NCBI GenBank assembly: GCA_024626585.2
Contig: JANKJI020000004.1
Location: 143,680,485-143,707,724, forward strand
Source: Ginkgo biloba
Lineage: Eukaryota; Plantae; Ginkgophyta
DNA: 27,240 bases
Direction: 5' to 3'
Positions 23,541-27,240 of the stretch are shown piece after piece. Within the stretch, counting starts at the first letter, position 1, and each line of letters opens with the position of its first letter. The notes under the pieces are model-generated. The model was not told the DNA's origin. It made no database searches and saw only the letters and a program-made list of their open reading frames with translations. The translations under genes and the position numbers were made by a program.

Positions 23541-23594
<54 letters not shown>
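23541..23594. repeat. (CA)27 microsatellite
   Basis: 54 bp perfect CA dinucleotide run. Confidence 0.98.
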
Positions 23595-23598
<4 letters not shown>

Positions 23599-24994
23599 GT
23601 TCAGGAGAGTACATCATAAGGATATGACATATTCACACTAATTTAGGTAAATACTATGAGTATTGAAAAAAGTTAGAGCAGTACATGGACTCATAAAAAA
23701 ATAAGTTGTTTTGGAAATATGAAATTGCTTGTGAATAAGGGATTTTAAATAAAATCTATTAGAAAGGGTACAATTCTAATTAAAGGCATGAAGAAAATTA
23801 TAAAAAAATGTCTAAGTGTGAAAGTTAGACATTTGAAACAAGAAAGGAAGAAGTTGCGAAGAAAGGAGAAAATTACGAGAATATCATAAAAGGTTTCTAA
23901 ACTTTGGAAAAAATGGGAAATATATATGATACATGGAATTTAATGAAGCTACTTTGGAAGCTTATAGATTCTATATGTAGAAGAATTATGGAAAATACTT
24001 ATGCAGGTATAAAGTATATATGAAAGACTATTTTATGGAATAAGTATTTTATTAGAAAGAGTTTTATGAAAGGCACAAAATTGAATGAAAATTCACGAAA
24101 AGTGGTTGTAAGAAAAGTGAAAAATTCAAATTTAGTCAGTTGACAACAAAATAGAAATTTATCATTTGCACAAGTATGTATTTTGGGCAAAAGTAAAAAT
24201 GTTGATTCAAAGTTGGATTGGAAAAATTATTTTAACAAAAAGATAGTCAAAAGAATAATGGTCAAAAATGACAAATTACTTCAAAGAAGTTTTGAAATCT
24301 TGAATATCACAAAATTGATTTCAAAGTTGTACTCTTCAATTATGAATTTTATTATATATGGCCAATGGCCTACATTCAACTTTCCTATAATAGGATTCTT
24401 TGAGAGAAATCCCTATTCTAAATTTGTGCCTACATGCACTCTATTTTTTCTTACATGTATTACATATGCTTGCATGCCATCCTCTTAATACTAACTAACT
24501 AAATATTCACTCTATTTTTTCTTGCATGTCACTTTCATGTCTTGCATATCACTTGTGTTGTTGCCCAACACACCCCCACTTTGTTCCCAAAGTGAGGACC
24601 CTCCTTTGGAGGAAATCTAAATCACCTATGCAAGAACCTTGTTTGTATCTTTATGGTAATCTGCCACTTGAGTTTCAATCCTAGAAATTTTTATCTAAAC
24701 CATTTTCTTTAGCCCTAGAAATATGTAAGGACCCCCACTGTCAATCAATCCATTCCCACATAGTGCCTTAAGGTCCCCTAACAAATCTTTCTTGCATGCC
24801 CCATAGAAATTAGAACTTTCAAGGAAAATTGGCACATAATAGAGTAAAAATACGGGAGAATGCCTTAGTATTTTTTGAGGAATCTATGATCTAGTAGAAG
24901 TTAGACGCGTGGCATCCCTTTCACCTTCATTTGTTCTTATTACTATTTTATGTCAAATTATGCTTTTCATGAGTTTATGGTGAAGTTTTTTTGA

Positions 24995-25250
24995 ATGTAG
25001 GCTCCAAAGCGCACGAGCTATTGCCTCATGGCAAGATCCTATGGGCCGCCTCCTCGTAGTGGGTCCAAACACTTGGTGAATTTTGTAAAATAACTTGAGC
25101 CCCAAAAGTCCCAAGATCATGCCATATGGTGGGATCTTATGACTCCCTATCTCATGGAATTTTGGTACTTGGGAAAAGAAGTTCAAAGGGTCATGGGTAT
25201 GTGGAATCCCAAGGGTATAACAAGTGGAATTATCCCATTAGCCCCTCCTC
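24995..25250 (+). pseudogene. Possible N-terminus of a retroelement accessory ORF
   Basis: One frame reads M*APKRTSYCLMARSYGPPPRSGSKHLVNFVK*LEPQKSQDHAIWWDLMTPYLMEFWYLG...PLAPP up to a gap; no family recognised. Confidence 0.3.
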
Positions 25251-26516
25251 NNNNNNNNNNNNNNNNNNNNNNNNNNNNNNNNNNNNNNNNNNNNNNNNNN
25301 NNNNNNNNNNNNNNNNNNNNNNNNNNNNNNNNNNNNNNNNNNNNNNNNNNTTGCACAAAGTTACATGAATACAATATTGTGTAGCACCTTTCGCTCGTCA
25401 TATAGACCATTGTAAAACCTTTCCCCAAAAACTTTGATAAGCACCCTTTAGTAAATAAATTGAAACCTTAATTAAATATGTAATGGAAAATTTGTTGAAT
25501 GACTCACATGCACTGCAACTATTTGATGCCATTGCTTTCCTAGAGTCCACAAATGCCTTCAAATGCCCTGTCATGCCGATGTAGCATTCATTCACCACAT
25601 AGTGTGCAATAGGAAAAGAGAATCAACTTTGAGATGGCAAAGAGAGACTTTTGAAGGAAGATGGAAAATATGATAGTGAGTTTTGAGAGCCAAAAATCAA
25701 GATTCACGCAACGCTTGGAAATTAATATTTTTGCTGCCACTTCCTAATTAGCTTTATCTCTAGTCACATCTTGATCATAAATCCTCAAACAACGAAACCA
25801 AAACTTTTACTCTAACATTGTGGAACCACTTAACAACTTTCTTTAGCTCTTGCATGGTACCATATCTGGAATTTAGGTTATGCAAGCCACAAGGCATGCA
25901 GCCTTCAAGTGAGATAGGATTTGTTGGCGGTGGAAGCTAAACACTTGTAAAACCATGTGAATTTATTTCTATTGCTATCTCAGAAAGGTTGCAATACCAT
26001 CTTCCAAAGAGATGAGATTCCCAATTAAATCCCTAAAAGAGGACTTAATTTCCTAATCCAATCCTAGAGAATGGATTTCCAAATTAAGAAAGTGACCATG
26101 AGATCTCATCTCATCCCTTACCAATCCCTTACCAAATAATAACACACAAAAAATTCCCCTTTTGAAACAAAGTGACCATAAATGGAATGGTCTCCACTTA
26201 GATATTAGAGATATTAGGTTATACAAATTTAGAAGATGTGTGAATCATTAATATAACATACTACAGATTGAGTATCCTACTTGTGATGTCCATATTCCAT
26301 GGGTGGTTGGTCTACCTAGAATGTGTATAAAATACCCCATTATTTAAGATCAAGTTAAACAACTTTGTATAACCCATCCATGCAAAACTTTGATCTTCTA
26401 GACTTGTAGTGTTTTTGTATAGCCCTTTCTATCTAGGCCACCTCTATATTATAGTACCCAAATTAAAGAGTGATGAAGAGGTGTTGAAAAAACAAAAGAC
26501 AAAAACAAGAAGGCCT

Positions 26517-26528
26517 ACTTTGATACCA
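26517..26528 (-). promoter_or_regulatory. Degenerate tRNA-iMet primer-binding site
   Basis: Minus strand TGGTATCAAAGT (10/12 match; both differences are deamination-type transitions). Confidence 0.6.
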
Positions 26529-26760
26529 TATAAAAAAATTAGGGATGAAAGTATAGTTATATCAACATAAATAATGGGAAAACTATTTTTTAATATCTAA
26601 AGAGGCACTAACTTACATTCATTATAAATTGGTACTATGAATACTTTAATCTAGGAACTTGTTCATAGGTACAATTTAAATATATCATTTATACATTATG
26701 TAATGTAACTATTTTATAACTAAATTATAAATACAAACCCCAATATGTGAATGTGTAACA
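26529..26760 (-). repeat. Candidate short 5' LTR of a minus-strand element
   Basis: Minus strand starts TGTTAC at 26760 and ends ...TTATA (plausibly eroded TTACA) against the PBS; no second copy seen. Confidence 0.4.
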
Positions 26761-26814
26761 TATGAACACTAAATTAACATTAATATTTTAAAAAATTCAT
26801 TAGCACAAGTACCT

Positions 26815-27240
26815 TGGGAACAAAGTCCATTTCAAGTGGAGTCTAAGGAAGAGATTAAGTTGATTGATGAGGATTTGGTTGATGAGTCTACAAATTATTA
26901 TATCCATGAGTATACGATATATGTTAAAGAAGGTTTTGAGAAATATTTGATGCATAAATTAGACATGTATACTCTTAAAGAGGACCATGGGGTTGCCTCT
27001 TATTTTAAATTTAAGAGAGTAGCTTCTTGTGAGAAATCCAATGTGGAGGCCTCTCAAAGTTTATCCCCTATAATGACTAATCCATCTAGTTCTTCTACCA
27101 ATTCTTTGAGAAAGTAAGGAAATAGAAATAAGAAGGTGAAAAAGAAGAAGGAAAGTTTAGTGCAAGTACCAAAATCACTACACAAATGGAGGAAAAGAAG
27201 AAAGAGACAACCAAAGAGCTTGGTTGAAAATTTAAAGGGG
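26815..27240 (+). pseudogene. Second copy of the deleted-gag region of the mini element (runs off the window end)
   Basis: Collinear with 2396-2818 at DNA and protein level (PF.VE.K...ID...IH...LDM...HG..SYF...NPSS.ST...KKKE...PK.LH...RKRQ.K.LVE.L.G); one stop at 27115-27117. Confidence 0.85.

Larger units (their letters stand above)
2296..25350. other. Thirteen assembly gaps
   Basis: N-runs at 2296-2395, 6519-6618, 13399-13498, 14868-14888, 15146-15245, 17327-17426, 19163-19262, 19495-19576, 20449-20548, 21017-21065, 21569-21638, 21876-21975 and 25251-25350. Confidence 0.97.

Noticed and set aside
24437-24529. 22-bp near-identical direct repeats spaced 71 bp apart, CRISPR-like spacing
   Set aside because: Only two units, in eukaryotic TE context with no cas genes; an ordinary subrepeat.
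25398-25598. 66-aa minus-strand ORF with a CxxC-like word
   Set aside because: No recognisable domain or supportable exon structure.
26113-26134. 11-bp tandem duplication ATCCCTTACCA x2
   Set aside because: Ordinary slippage duplication with no further structure.

Overview
Eukaryotic, AT-rich, gap-riddled scaffold segment (13 N-runs, nine exactly 100 N) made almost entirely of fragmented, degenerate plant-type LTR retrotransposons. I can support no intact host gene, rRNA, tRNA or CRISPR array. It contains: a comparatively young Ty1/copia RT-RNase H with PPT and 3' LTR (minus strand, 1-1067); a near-complete but heavily decayed chromovirus (CRM-like) gag-PR-RT-RH-INT (about 8945-13227); Athila/Tat-like (non-chromovirus Ty3/gypsy) gag and RNase H-integrase fragments, including three copies of the integrase C-terminus; several LTRs and tRNA-Met PBS motifs; and a (CA)27 microsatellite. 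The domain styles suggest a large-genome non-flowering land plant, probably a gymnosperm (inference only). Most notable: (1) pervasive two-strand C-to-T erosion, often at CpA/TpG, in the old elements; (2) a multicopy mini chromovirus-like element with an in-frame gag core deletion and no RT-RH-INT; (3) a retroelement accessory ORF running in frame into a Ty3/gypsy RNase H with no RT between them; (4) microhomology and templated-insertion repair scars. Domain calls are by-eye translation against remembered consensus motifs; no database search was run.
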